Notes under the pieces: generated by a model | Databases searched by the model: none | What the model was told of the DNA's origin: nothing | Seen by the model: the letters and a program-made list of their open reading frames with translations, nothing else | Shown: in pieces, positions 50,676 to 61,409 of the stretch | How positions within the stretch are numbered: position 1 is the stretch's first letter | How the letters are laid out: each line of letters starts with the position of its first letter | Program-made: the position numbers and the translations under genes | Assembly (NCBI GenBank): GCA_963717935.1 | Contig: CAVQXP010000004.1 | Location: forward strand, 512,001-576,000 | Source of the DNA: Candidatus Eiseniibacteriota bacterium | Lineage (GTDB): Bacteria; Eisenbacteria; RBG-16-71-46 | DNA: 64,000 nt | Reading direction: 5' to 3'

Positions 50676-52861
50676 GTGAACGCCAGTCACCGAACCCGGC
50701 GGCTGCTTGCCGTGGCGGCCGTGGTCCTTGCCGTCGCCATCGCCCTGCCGCGCTTCCTCACCCACACGCCCTATGCCCGTATCGGCGCCGAGCTCGACTA
50801 CGACTCGCCGGGCAAGGTCGCACGCATCACGAACGTCGTGGGGCCGCCCTCGCGGGGCCTGCTCCAGAAAGGCGACCGGCTGCTGCTCGTGGACGGTCGC
50901 CCGGGCACGCGGGCCGAGTTCAGCAAGCTGAAGCCCAAGGGGGGGTTCCCGCGGGGGCCCATCAGCCTGGTCATCGAGCGCAACGGCGAGATCCTCGAGC
51001 TGACGCTCCCGCCCGTGCAACTCAGCGTCTGGCAGCGCGTGCGGTTCTACACCTTCCCGCTCGCCACGGTCGTCGCCGCTCCGCTCGTGGCCTTCCTGCT
51101 GGTCTGGCGGCGCCCGGACCTGAGCGCCGCGTGGGCCTTCCTCTGGTTCGCGGCGCTCCAGGCGTTGTCCGTGGTCTGGGATCTGTTCCGCTTCCCACAG
51201 GGCGACGTGGGCCCGCTCTTCCGCTCGTACCTGAACCTCTATGGCGCGCTCATCTGCTGGTACCCGGCGGCCTTCCTGCACTTCATGACCGTCTTCCCGC
51301 GGCCCCGCTGGCACCGGCCCGGCCTGTCGAGCAATCTCTGGTTCTGGCTCGTCGTGCTCGCCTACGCCACGCCGCCGGTGCTGTGGATCTTCGGGCAGGG
51401 CCCCATCAAGGTCTACTTCGGCCCGGCCATGCTGTGGTTCCAGTCCATCGCGCTGCCGCTCGGCACGCTGTCGCTCGTCGAGCACTACGCCCGCCCGAAC
51501 CGCGACGGCCACCGGCCCCGGGCGAACGAGCGGGCGCTGGCGCTGGCCGTGGCGACGCTGCTGCTGCTGAATGCCGCCTCGATGTTCCTCTGGGAGTCCA
51601 CGCAGCTCATGGCGCTGGTCCTCGTTCCCACTGGTGCGCCTCGCCTTCACGTCCATCAACTTCGCCTTCCTGGCCGTGCCGCTGGTGATCGCCTTCCTCA
51701 TCGCCAACGACCCGGTCTTCGACCCGCGCCGCGTCGTGGTCCAGAGCCTGCCGTTCGCGCTGCTCTCCGTCGTGCTGGCCGGCATCTACCTCGCCGTCGT
51801 GGTGGGCTCGCAGCGGCTCTTCGCCGCGGTCACCGGCGAGGAGTCGATGATCTTCAACGTCGTCGCCGCGCTGGTCGTGGCCTTCGCCTTCGCGCCGCTC
51901 TGGACGCGGACCCAGCACGCCCTGGACCGGCTCTTCGGGCGCGATCCCGCAGGCCCTGCGCCTCGCGCTGGACCAGACCGGGCGCGAGTTGCTGGGGGCG
52001 CTCGACCACGACGAGCTGCGCCGCTCGGTCGAGACCGGTCTTGCGCGCGGGCTCAAGCGCGAGGTGGCGCTCGAGTGGCCCGAGCCGGGTCCGCCGCGCC
52101 TGGCCGCCGGCGAGTCGCTGCCCGAGCACGCGCACCGCGCGGTCGAGAACCTGCTGCTCCAGGCCGGGATCCGCCTCGAGAACCTGGCGCTCCAGGAGCA
52201 CCGTGCGGCGGCCGAGCGCCAGGCCGTCGAGTTGCGCGAGGCCGCGACGCGGGCCGAGTTGCGGGCGCTGCAGGCCCAGGTGCAGCCGCACTTCCTCTTC
52301 AACGCGCTCAACGCGCTCGCGTACCTCATCGAGACCGATCCGCCCGCGGCCCAGCGCTTCTCGGAGCGGCTGGCCGACATGCTGCGCTACGCCGTGGAGG
52401 CGGGGAACCGCCCGGCCGCCCTGCTTTCGGAGGAGATCGGTTTCGTCGAGGACTATCTGGGCGTGGCGCGCGAGCGTTACGAGACCCCGCTCGGGTTCGC
52501 CTACCGCGGTCCGCAGGAGCTGCTCTCGCTGGCGGTGCCGCCGCTGCTCCTGCAGCCGCTGGTCGAGAACAGCCTCAAGCACGGCTGCGCCGCCCCGGAC
52601 GCGCCCGGGCTGCACCTCGAACTCACGGCCGTCCAGGACGACGGGTTCATCGAGCTGACGTTCTCGGACGACGGCATCGCCTCGTCCGCCGCCGGCCCGG
52701 GCCTGGGCGTGGGCCTCACCAATCTCGAGCAACGCCTGCGCCGCTTCGCCGGCGCGGACGCCACCATGGAGGCCGGCGCCCGACGGGATGCCGGCGGAAC
52801 GCCGCGGCCGGGCTTCGTGGTGCGCCTGCGCTGGCCGGTCACGAAGGGAGCGAACGGATGA
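50676..52861 (+). CDS. LytS/YehU-type sensor kinase with PDZ-like periplasmic domain and multi-TM region (indels near 51625 and 51950)
   Basis: LQKGDRLLLVDG PDZ-like segment, about 9 TMs, LQAQVQPHFLFNALN, LQPLVENSLKHG, DDG.., GVGLTN. Alternative in-frame GTG at 50610. Confidence 0.88.
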
Positions 52862-53655
52862 GCCCACGCGCGAACGAGGGCGGGACCACCGGGACGCGCC
52901 TGCGCGCCCTGATCGCCGACGACGAGCCGCGCGCGCGGCAGTTCCTGGAGAGGTTGCTGGGTGAGCACGAGGAGCTCGAAGTGGTGGGGGCCGCGCGGAG
53001 CGGGGCCGAGGCGCTGCAGCTGATCACCAGCCTCAAGCCCGACGTGGCGTTCCTCGACATCCACATGCCCGATCTCTCGGGTCTCGAGGTGGCGCGTCAC
53101 CTGCGCGGAGCGGAGGCGCCCATCGTGGTGTTCGTGACCGCCTACGACAAGTATGCGACCGAGGCCTTCGAGGTGGCGGCGCTGGACTACGTCCTCAAGC
53201 CGCTCAAGCGGGAGCGCCTGGCGGAGACCGTCCGGCGCGTGGTCGCCGAGGCCCGCAACGGCCGCCCCGCCGCGCGCGCCGAGGCGCTGCGCGACGCGCT
53301 CGACTCGCCCGGGATCGCGAACCAGCTGTCGCCTCTGCGGCGCCTGCCGGTGCGGCACCGCCGGGAGGTGAAGCTGCTCGACCTGGCCCAGGTGCCGCTC
53401 ATCTTCTCTCGCGACCGTCTGGTGCTGGCGCGCTGCGAAGCCCACGAGTACCTCGTGGACTACACGCTGCAGGAGCTGGAGCAGCGACTGCCCGAAGGTC
53501 AGTTCGTGCGCGTGCACCGCGCCGCGCTCGTCAACGTGGACGCCATCGAGAGCTACGGCGGCGAGGAGGGCGTGCTGGTCCTGAAGCTCCGGGATGGCAC
53601 GCGCGTCGAGGCGAGCGAGCGGCGCGCGGCCGAGGTGCGCCGCCGGCTGAGGTAG
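52858..53655 (+). CDS. LytTR-family response regulator
   Basis: IADDEP, FLDIHMP, TAYD..AF..DYVLKP, FVRVHRAALVN. ATGA overlap with the kinase stop. Confidence 0.95.
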   Translation: MSPRANEGGTTGTRLRALIADDEPRARQFLERLLGEHEELEVVGAARSGAEALQLITSLKPDVAFLDIHMPDLSGLEVARHLRGAEAPIVVFVTAYDKYATEAFEVAALDYVLKPLKRERLAETVRRVVAEARNGRPAARAEALRDALDSPGIANQLSPLRRLPVRHRREVKLLDLAQVPLIFSRDRLVLARCEAHEYLVDYTLQELEQRLPEGQFVRVHRAALVNVDAIESYGGEEGVLVLKLRDGTRVEASERRAAEVRRRLR

Positions 53656-53772
53656 GTTCGCGCTCCACGGAGGACGTCCCCCGGCCCGCGGGAGGGCTCC
53701 CTGCGCCGCCAGCCACCCGGGCCGCCGCTGACGCCGCCCGCACGGACCGCGCCGCGCGGGCGGCGGGGCCGC

Positions 53773-55233
53773 CTACCTCCCCGGCTCGGCCGGCGGCACC
53801 GGCCAGGGGATCTGCTTCAGCCGCTCCTTGTAGACGACGGGTTTCAGCTGGAGCGCGAGGGTGTCGGTGAACTCCCTGAGCCGGCGCTCGCGCGCGAATT
53901 CGAGCGCCTCGTTCCGGAGCGCCTGCTGGTGGTTCGGGTCGAGCCTCGCGAACTCGATCGGTCTGCCGTCCTTGCCCGGAAACTGCGATGCGTGGCGCTC
54001 GTAGGCGGCCCGCACGTCGTCCCCGGTGACCGTGGCCGTGGCCAGCACGAGCGTCTCGTAGGCGGACTGGAGCAGCACGTTCTCCATCTGCGCGCGCGCC
54101 TGGCGCGCGAGCGCGGGCTCCTCGGCGAGGTGGCGCTGGCGGGCCTCGATGAGGGCGACGCGCTGCAGTGCCGCGCTCTTCAGCCATTGTTCGATCATGG
54201 GCATGACCGACCAGTTGGGACGGGGCTTGGACGGGTCCTGCAGGTCCAGGACCGCCTCGCCCAGCGTGTAGGTGCCGGGCTTGCCTTCCTCACCGTCGTA
54301 GCGCACGAGCACCTGACGCGCCTCCTCCGGTGTGGGCTTCGCGGGCTCCGGCATCGGATAGCCGCTCACCGACACCGTGTCCTTCGGAGCGTTGTAGCGG
54401 GCGAAGAGCGCTTGCGGTGCGCCGGCCTCGACGGTCACGTGGTATTGCGCCAGCAGATCGCGCTGGGCGCGGTTCAGCAGGACGCGCTGTTTGCCCTGCC
54501 GCAACCCCTGGCGCAGCGCCTCGCGCACCTGCTCGAAGGGCTCCTGCTGGCGCGGCCGGCGCTCGATCACCTTGACGAGGAACCAACCGTCGGTCGGCGA
54601 CTCGATCGGGCCGAGCACCTTCCCGACGGGGCCGTCGCCCGTCGCCGTGTCGAGCACGGGCATCATCGTGCCGGCGGTGATGAACCCCAGGTCACCGCCC
54701 TTCGGGCTCAGGCCCGTGGTGTTGAAACGGTCGGCGGTCGCGCCGAAGTCGGCGCCGCCCTGGATCTCCGCGAGCGCCCGGTCGCACGTCGCGCGGTCGG
54801 GCGTGAACACGATCAGCGCACGCGCCTCTTGGGCGCGTCGCTGGTAGAGGGCCTGGACCTCGGCGTCGCTCACCGGCGCGTCGCGCGGGGCCAGGTGCTG
54901 GATCAGCGCGCGCAGGGCGAGTTGCTCCCGCGCCTGCTGGAGCATCCGCGCCTGGTCTTCGGGGCCGACGATGCCGCGCTGGAGGGCGTCGATCACCACC
55001 AACTCGCGCTTGACGAGGTCCTCGAGCAGGGCGGCCTTGGCGGAGTCGGGGCCTCCCGCGTACTGGCCCTGGTTGCGGCTCGCGACATCGAGGAAGTCAT
55101 CCACGGTGATGGTGCGATTGCCGACCCGGGCGAGCACGGCGGGCCCGGAAGAGCAACCCGCGAGCAGCGCGGCGAAGAGGACGAGGAGGGGCAGGGAGGC
55201 GAGGAGCCGGGCGGGAATCGGCGAGGGTCTCAT
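53773..55233 (-). CDS. lipoprotein parvulin-type peptidylprolyl isomerase (PrsA/PpiC-like foldase)
   Basis: Lipobox LAGC, VLARVGNRTITV, GGDLGFI..M, GPIESP.GWFLVKV. Confidence 0.8.
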   Translation of the reverse strand: MRPSPIPARLLASLPLLVLFAALLAGCSSGPAVLARVGNRTITVDDFLDVASRNQGQYAGGPDSAKAALLEDLVKRELVVIDALQRGIVGPEDQARMLQQAREQLALRALIQHLAPRDAPVSDAEVQALYQRRAQEARALIVFTPDRATCDRALAEIQGGADFGATADRFNTTGLSPKGGDLGFITAGTMMPVLDTATGDGPVGKVLGPIESPTDGWFLVKVIERRPRQQEPFEQVREALRQGLRQGKQRVLLNRAQRDLLAQYHVTVEAGAPQALFARYNAPKDTVSVSGYPMPEPAKPTPEEARQVLVRYDGEEGKPGTYTLGEAVLDLQDPSKPRPNWSVMPMIEQWLKSAALQRVALIEARQRHLAEEPALARQARAQMENVLLQSAYETLVLATATVTGDDVRAAYERHASQFPGKDGRPIEFARLDPNHQQALRNEALEFARERRLREFTDTLALQLKPVVYKERLKQIPWPVPPAEPGR

Positions 55234-55385
55234 GGCGTTCCTTTGGGGTGGTCGTGGGGGCCGGTCGGCCCCCTGTTTACAGGAGTCCGGCGGTGGCTGC
55301 AAACGGGCCGGTCGGACCGCCCGGGAATCGGCGGGCCCGCTCCGGGCACGACCGGAAGTCGCCGCGCCGTCGCGGGGGCGGGCGC

Positions 55386-58300
55386 CTACGCGCCGGCCCC
55401 CGCCGGCGCCACCGCCACGGCCAGGGCCTGCAGCACCTCGCGCGTGCGGTTCAGCAGCACCAGGCCCTGGCCGCGCACGCGCAGGCCGAACTCGCGGCCG
55501 GTGAAGAACTCGACCTGGAAGGCGAGCATCCCGACCACGGTGCGGATCTCGGCGGGCCCGAGCGGTCGCCGCAGCACGAACTCGGTCACGTCCTGGAAGA
55601 CGCGCAGGCTCTCGACCTCGCTGGCGGCGGCCAGCAACCGGAGGCGCCGCAGCTCGAACAGCGCCACCGCGGGTGGCGGCAGCTGGCCGAAGCGATCGAG
55701 CATCTCGAGCGTGAGGTCGTCCAGCTCGTCGGTCGGTGCGCGTGCCGGCGAGGCGGCGGTAGAGGTTGAGCTTCTCGTGCTCGTCGGGCACGTAGTCGTC
55801 GGGCAGGAAGGCGCTCCAGTCGGTCAGGAGCCGCGGCTCGGGCTTCACCTCCGCGGCCGCGCCCTTGAGCTCGGCCACCGCGTCCTCGAGCAGTTTCACG
55901 TAGAGGTCGAAGCCGAGTCCGAGGATGAAGCCGTGCTGCTCGGGCCCGAGCAGGTTCCCGGCCCCGCGGATCTCCATGTCCTTGAGCGCGATCTTGAACC
56001 CCACGCCCAGTTCGTCGAGCTCCTCGATGACGCGCAGCCGCTTCTCGGCCTCTTCGGTGAGCACGCGCCGCGAAGGCACCAGCAGGTAGGCGTAGGCACG
56101 GTGCGCCGAGCGCCCGACGCGTCCGCGCAACTGGTAGAGCTGGGCCAGCCCGAGCGTGTCGGCGCGGTCCACGATGAGCGTGTTCACGCTCGGCATGTCG
56201 ATGCCGGACTCGATGATCATGGTCGAGACCAGCACGTCCCAGCGCCTGTCGAGGAACTCGAGCATGACCCGTTCGAGTTCGCGCTCGGGCATCTGGCCGT
56301 GCGCGACCGCGACGCGCACCTGGGGCACGAGCTTCTGCAGGCGAAGCGCGGCGTTGTGGATGGTCTCGACCCGGTTGTGGACGAAGAACGCCTGCCCGCC
56401 GCGGTCCACCTCGCGCAGGATGGCGTCGGTCACGACCTCCTCGTCGAGCTCGAGGATCTCCGTGTGCACCGGCAGCCGGTCGCGCGGCGGGGTCTCGATG
56501 ACCGACATGTCACGAGCCCCGGCCAGCGAGAGGTTCAGGGTGCGAGGGATGGGCGTGGCGGTCATGGCCAGCACGTCCACGGTGGTCGTGATCTGCCGGA
56601 TCCTCTCCTTCTGCGCCACGCCGAAACGGTGCTCCTCGTCGATGACGACGAGCCCGAGGTCGCGGAACTTCACGTCCTTCGAGAGCAGGCGGTGCGTGCC
56701 GATGACGACGTCCACGTCGCCGCTGGCGAGCCCGGCCACGATCTCCTTCTGCTGTTTCGGCGTGCGGAAGCGCGACAGCACCTCCACCCGGACCGGGAAG
56801 TCGGCGAGGCGCTCGCGGAAGACCAGCAGGTGCTGCTGCGCGAGGATGGTCGTGGGCACGAGCACCGCCACCTGCCGTGCCGTCCTGCACGGCCTTGAAG
56901 GCGGCGCGGATCGCCACCTCGGTCTTGCCGTAGCCCACGTCGCCGCAGATCAGGCGGTCCATGGGCCGCTCCGATTCCATGTCCTGCTTGACCTCGTCGA
57001 TGGCCTTGAGCTGGTCGGGGGTCTCCTCGTACGGGAACGAGGCCTCGAGCTCGCGCTGCCAGACGGCGTCGGTGCGGAAGGCGTGGCCCTGTGAGCGCCT
57101 GGCGCGCGGCGTAGGCGCGGATCAGGCCCTCGGCCATGTCCTGGATGGCGCGCTGGGCGCGTGCCTTGGTCTTCTGCCACGCGCCCGAGCCCAGCCGGTG
57201 GAGCGAGGGGCGCGCGCCCTCGCCCGCGGCGTAGCGCGAGACCAGCGCCAGCTGCTGCACCGGCACGTAGAGCCGGTCGCGCTCGGCGTAGGCGAGCTCG
57301 AGGCAGTCGGTCTCCTGCCCGTTCAGGGTCAGGCGCTGCATGCCGCGGTAGACGCCGATGCCGTGGTCCTCGTGGACCACGAAGTCGCCCAGCTTGAGCG
57401 CCGAGAGCTCCGCCAGCGAGAGTCCGCCGGTCTTCTTCAGGCGCCGCCGCCGCCGCCGGTAGCGCGCGAAGATCTCGTGGTCGGTGAGGACCGCCAGCCC
57501 GGCCGATCTGAGCGTGAAGCCCGCCGAGACCAGGCCCACCCCGAGCGTGGCACCGGTGTCGCCGAGCAGCTCGAAGAGCCGGTCGCGCTGCCCCGGGTTG
57601 TCGCAGAGGATGACGGGCTGCACGCCGTTCGCGCCGAGCTCGGCGAGGTGGCTCTTCAGCCGCTCCATCGAGCGCTGCACCGGCTCGGCGGGCACGCAGT
57701 CCACCACCAGGGTGCGCGAGTAGCGCCCGGCGTCGCCGGCCTCGACGATGGGGCCGAGCCAGTCCGCGCCCGGCCGCGAGGTGGCCAGCGCGTCGAGCGC
57801 TCCGCCCGGCAGGAAGAGCGCCTCCGGCGGGGAGATCGAGGGGTAGGGTCCGCGCGTCTCCTCGAAGCCGTGGCGCACGAGTTCGTCCAGCTCCTCGGCG
57901 CGCGCGCGCAACCGGCCCGGGTCGTCGAGCACGACGATCGTGTCGTCGGGCAGGTAGTCGGCGAGCGTGCCCAGGTCGGGGTCGTAGTGCGCGGCGAAGC
58001 GCTCCATGCCGTCGTGGAAGAGCCAGGCGCCGCGGGCCCGGGCGTCGTCCGCGTCCGCCCCGGAGCCGCGCTCCTCGCGCGCTGCGCGCAGCCGCTCGGT
58101 CACCGCGGCGGCCTCGTGGGGCTCGATCACGATCTCGTAGCGCGGCAGGACCGTGGCGGCGGGCAGTTGCTCGAGCGAGCGCTGGGTGGAGGCGTCGAAG
58201 CGCCGCAGCGAGACCAGCGTGTCGCCGTCGAACTCGAGCCGCAGCGGGTCGGCGAGCCCGGCCGCGTAGACGTCGAGGATGCCGCCGCGCCGCGCGAAGT

Positions 58301-58919
58301 GCCCGACCGATTCGACCTCGGTGAACCGTTCGTAGCCCATGAAGACGAGCCGCTCCATGAGCGCGCCCGGGTCGTAGTCGTGCCCCACGTGAAGCTCGAG
58401 CAGGGCGCGCGCGAGACGCTCCGGCCGCGGCACCTTCTGCAGCACGCCGCGCACCGTGGCGAGCACCACGCCCGACCCGGAAGCGCCCGCCGCCCGCTCC
58501 CGGGCGAGGCGGCTCAGCGTCTCGAGGCGCTGGGCGGTGATGCCCGGGTGCGGCGAGGACGGGTCGTACGGGAGCGTGTCCGGCTCCGGCAGGGCGAGCG
58601 TCGCGCCCGGACCACGGAAGTACTCGAGGTCGTCGCGCGTCTCCTCGAAGGAGTCACCGTGACCGACCACGTAGAGCACCCGGCGGCCGCTCGTCCGCTG
58701 GAGCCAGGCCGCGAGGTAACCGCGGGCCGAGCCCGTGAGCCCGCGCAGCCCCACGCGGGAACGGCCCGCGCGCAGGGCGTCGAGGAGCTCCGCCGCCTCG
58801 GGGATGCGCCCGGCGAGCAGGGCGATGCGCTCGGTCAGCTCGTTCCGCAGGAACGTCTCGGTGGGCGGCGGTGGCGGCGCGTCCTGTCTCTTCAAGCGGC
58901 CCCCCGGCTCGAGCGCCAT
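55386..58919 (-). CDS. mfd: transcription-repair coupling factor (indels near 57090, 56875 and 55737)
   Basis: [15 protein letters not shown] (RID), [56 protein letters not shown]-terminus. Start uncertain. Confidence 0.95.
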
Positions 58920-59231
58920 GCCAAAAACCCGCCACGGGGATCTCCCGGGCGGTCCACGGCCGCGTTCGTGACGACGTCCCACCGCAGGGTGGGACCTGCG
59001 GCAGCCTAGCAGCGGGCCGCCGCGAGCCTCAAGTGACGCAGGGCCCCCCACCCGCGGCTCCCGGCGGGCCCGGGGCGCCGCCGGTGAGCCGATTCCCTGC
59101 GCCCGGCATCACGGAAGGGGCTATTGACCCACGGAGACCGGGAGGGTTATAGCTCAACAGACCAAGATGCCGGGGACCGGGGGCGCGACCGCGCTCGAGG
59201 TTTCTGGCTGACCCCGAAGGAGGTCGGCCCC

Positions 59232-60053
59232 ATGTCTGCTCCTCGTGTGCTGCTCGTTCTTCTGTTGCTGGTGGTTGTCGCCGGTACGTCCTCGGTCGCC
59301 ACGGCGAAGGCCGACGACTCGTCCGTCCCCTGCTGCCTGCCCGCCGGGGACTACGACCAGGATGGCGTCCAGGACCGCCTCGACGCCTGCAACAACACCC
59401 CCAGGGGTTGTGTCGTCGACCAGTACGGATGCCTGGTGGACACGGACGGCGATGGGGTCTGCGACGGCATCGACAAGTGCCCCGACACGCCGAAGGGCGA
59501 GAAGGTCAACAAGGTGGGCTGCAGCGCCAGCCAGCGCGCGGTCGCGAAGGTGCCGGCCACGCCGCCCCCCCCGCCCGCGGCCCAGGAGATCGCGCGTCCC
59601 GCCACGCCGCCACCGGCACCCTCGCAGCCGCAGTCGGAAGTCGAGAAGCAGCTGATCGAGACGGGCAACATCGTGCTGCGCGACGTCTACTTCGAGGTCA
59701 ACAAGGCCACGCTGCTGCCCGAGTCCGAGGCGCGGCTGGACGAGGCCGGCGCGGCGATCGAGAAGTTCGCGGACCTCAAGGTCGAGGTGCAGGGCCACAC
59801 GGATTCGCGCGGCACGGCGACGTACAACGAGAAGCTGAGCCAGGCCCGCGCGGAGACCGTGCGCGAGTACCTGCTGGCTCACTTCCAGCTGAAGGCCGAC
59901 AACCTCATCGCCAAGGGCTACGGCGAGAGCCAGCTCGCGGTGTCGCCGGAGAAGTCGGCCGACGACTACGCGATGAACCGCCGCGTGGTGCTCAGAGCCA
60001 TGAACGCCGAGGTGCTCCCCAGGGGCGTCACGATCGAACAGCAGGTGAAGTAG
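59232..60053 (+). CDS. periplasmic OmpA-domain protein with two TSP3 repeats and a Pro-rich linker (no beta-barrel)
   Basis: AAGGAGG RBS, signal peptide, DxDGDGVCD repeats, GHTD..NEKLSQARA..GYGE..NRRV. Confidence 0.9.
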   Translation: MSAPRVLLVLLLLVVVAGTSSVATAKADDSSVPCCLPAGDYDQDGVQDRLDACNNTPRGCVVDQYGCLVDTDGDGVCDGIDKCPDTPKGEKVNKVGCSASQRAVAKVPATPPPPPAAQEIARPATPPPAPSQPQSEVEKQLIETGNIVLRDVYFEVNKATLLPESEARLDEAGAAIEKFADLKVEVQGHTDSRGTATYNEKLSQARAETVREYLLAHFQLKADNLIAKGYGESQLAVSPEKSADDYAMNRRVVLRAMNAEVLPRGVTIEQQVK

Positions 60054-60071
60054 CGCAGCCGGAGCGGGTGG

Positions 60072-60105
60072 GGAGCCCCCGGGGCCTTCCGGCCCCGGGG
60101 GCTCC
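60072..60105. terminator. hairpin between convergent ompA-like and cupin genes
   Basis: Perfect 15-bp stem GGAGCCCCCGGGGCC / GGCCCCGGGGGCTCC with a TTCC loop. Confidence 0.6.
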
Positions 60106-60158
60106 GTTCGTGCAGGATGCCGCCCCACGGTGGCCGGGGCGGGCCAGCCGGTGGCCGC

Positions 60159-60500
60159 CTACGACCGGATCATCGTGAGCGCCATCTTGAAACGCTCGTT
60201 CGCCTTGAGCGCATGCGGGACGTTCGCGGGCATGAGGATCATGCCGCCCGCCCGCAGGTCGTAGAGCGCGCCGCCCACGGTGATCTCCGCCGCGCCGTCG
60301 AGGACGTGCACCAGCGCGTCGAAAGGCGTGGTGTGCTCGCTCAGGCCCTGGCCCTGGTCGAAGGCGAACACGGTCACGTTGCCGGTGGTCTTCTTGACGA
60401 TGATGCGGCTCACCACCGAGCCGGCCTGGTAGGCCACGAGGTCGGCCATCACTCCGGTCAGGGGGGCAGCGTCCAGCGGGGGCTTCTCGTCAGGCGCCAT
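60159..60500 (-). CDS. cupin-domain protein
   Basis: AAGGAG RBS, FAFDQGQGLSEHTTP..MPANVPHAL. Confidence 0.9.
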   Translation of the reverse strand: MAPDEKPPLDAAPLTGVMADLVAYQAGSVVSRIIVKKTTGNVTVFAFDQGQGLSEHTTPFDALVHVLDGAAEITVGGALYDLRAGGMILMPANVPHALKANERFKMALTMIRS

Positions 60501-60515
60501 CGGATCGTCTCCTTC

Positions 60516-61406
60516 TCAATGAGTGGCCGCTTGCGCTGGCGCGCGCTGCACCAGCGCCACGCCGGCGAGCACCAGGAGCCCGCCGGCCAGCGTCGCCACC
60601 CCGACCGACTCGTGCAGCAGCAGCATGGCCGCGATCAACGTCACGAGCGGCTCGAGGTACAGGAACGCGGCCACCCGCGAAGCCTCCACCCGCTCGAGCG
60701 CGCCGTACCAGAACAGGTAGCCAAGGCCCGACGCGCCGATCCCCAGGTAGAGCACGGCGGCGAGCCCGGCCCCGGAGAGCGCAGCGTACTCCCGCCAGCC
60801 GCCGGCGTGCAGGAAGACGGGGGCGAGCATCAGCCCGCCGAGGAACATCGCGCCCGCGGTGGCGCGTAGGCTCCCGAGGCGGCGGATCGTGGCGTGTCCG
60901 AGCGTGGTGTAGATCGCCCAGTTGAGCGAGCTCGCGAGCATCAGCAGGTCGCCGCGCGTGCCCGGCAGGGCGAGCAGGTCCGGGGTCGCGCGCCCGCGGG
61001 ACACGACCAGCACGGCGCCCGCGAAGCCGAGTGCCAGCCCCGCGACCTTGCCCGCGCCGAAGCGCTCGCGCAGGAACAGTCCCGCCAGCACCGCCGACCA
61101 GATGGGGATCAACCCGACGATCCAGCCGGCGTGCACGGCGGTCGTGAGCCGGAGGCCGAAGGCCTGGAGCAGCTGGTGGAAGCCCACGCCGACGAAGCCC
61201 ATCAGTGCGAGCGGACCCCACGAGTCGCGCGGCGGCAGCAGCGGCAGGCGCCGCGCGGCGAGCGTGGCGAGCAGCAGCGCGGTCCCGAGGGCGGAGCGGC
61301 TGAAGATGAGCGTGACGGGCGAGATCTCCCGCAGCACGGCCCTGGTGGCGACGAACGAGACCCCCCAGAGGACGACGGCGATGAAGGCGCCGAGGCGCGG
61401 TGGCAT
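60516..61406 (-). CDS. DMT/EamA family transporter
   Basis: LWGVSF, GLRLTTA..P, GDLLML, YLFWY.AL..YLEPL. About 10 TMs. Confidence 0.92.
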   Translation of the reverse strand: MPPRLGAFIAVVLWGVSFVATRAVLREISPVTLIFSRSALGTALLLATLAARRLPLLPPRDSWGPLALMGFVGVGFHQLLQAFGLRLTTAVHAGWIVGLIPIWSAVLAGLFLRERFGAGKVAGLALGFAGAVLVVSRGRATPDLLALPGTRGDLLMLASSLNWAIYTTLGHATIRRLGSLRATAGAMFLGGLMLAPVFLHAGGWREYAALSGAGLAAVLYLGIGASGLGYLFWYGALERVEASRVAAFLYLEPLVTLIAAMLLLHESVGVATLAGGLLVLAGVALVQRAPAQAATH

Positions 61407-61409
61407 GGC

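Noticed and set aside
53773..56871. Apparent Mfd-PPIase fusion (1032-aa ORF)
   Set aside because: The Mfd C-terminus continues in ORF 55386-55703 after an indel near 55737. The PPIase has its own lipoprotein signal peptide at 55233.
59124..59153. Promoter TTGACC-N18-TATAGC for the second ompA-like gene
   Set aside because: The -10 lacks the conserved final T and the spacing is suboptimal. Too weak to call.
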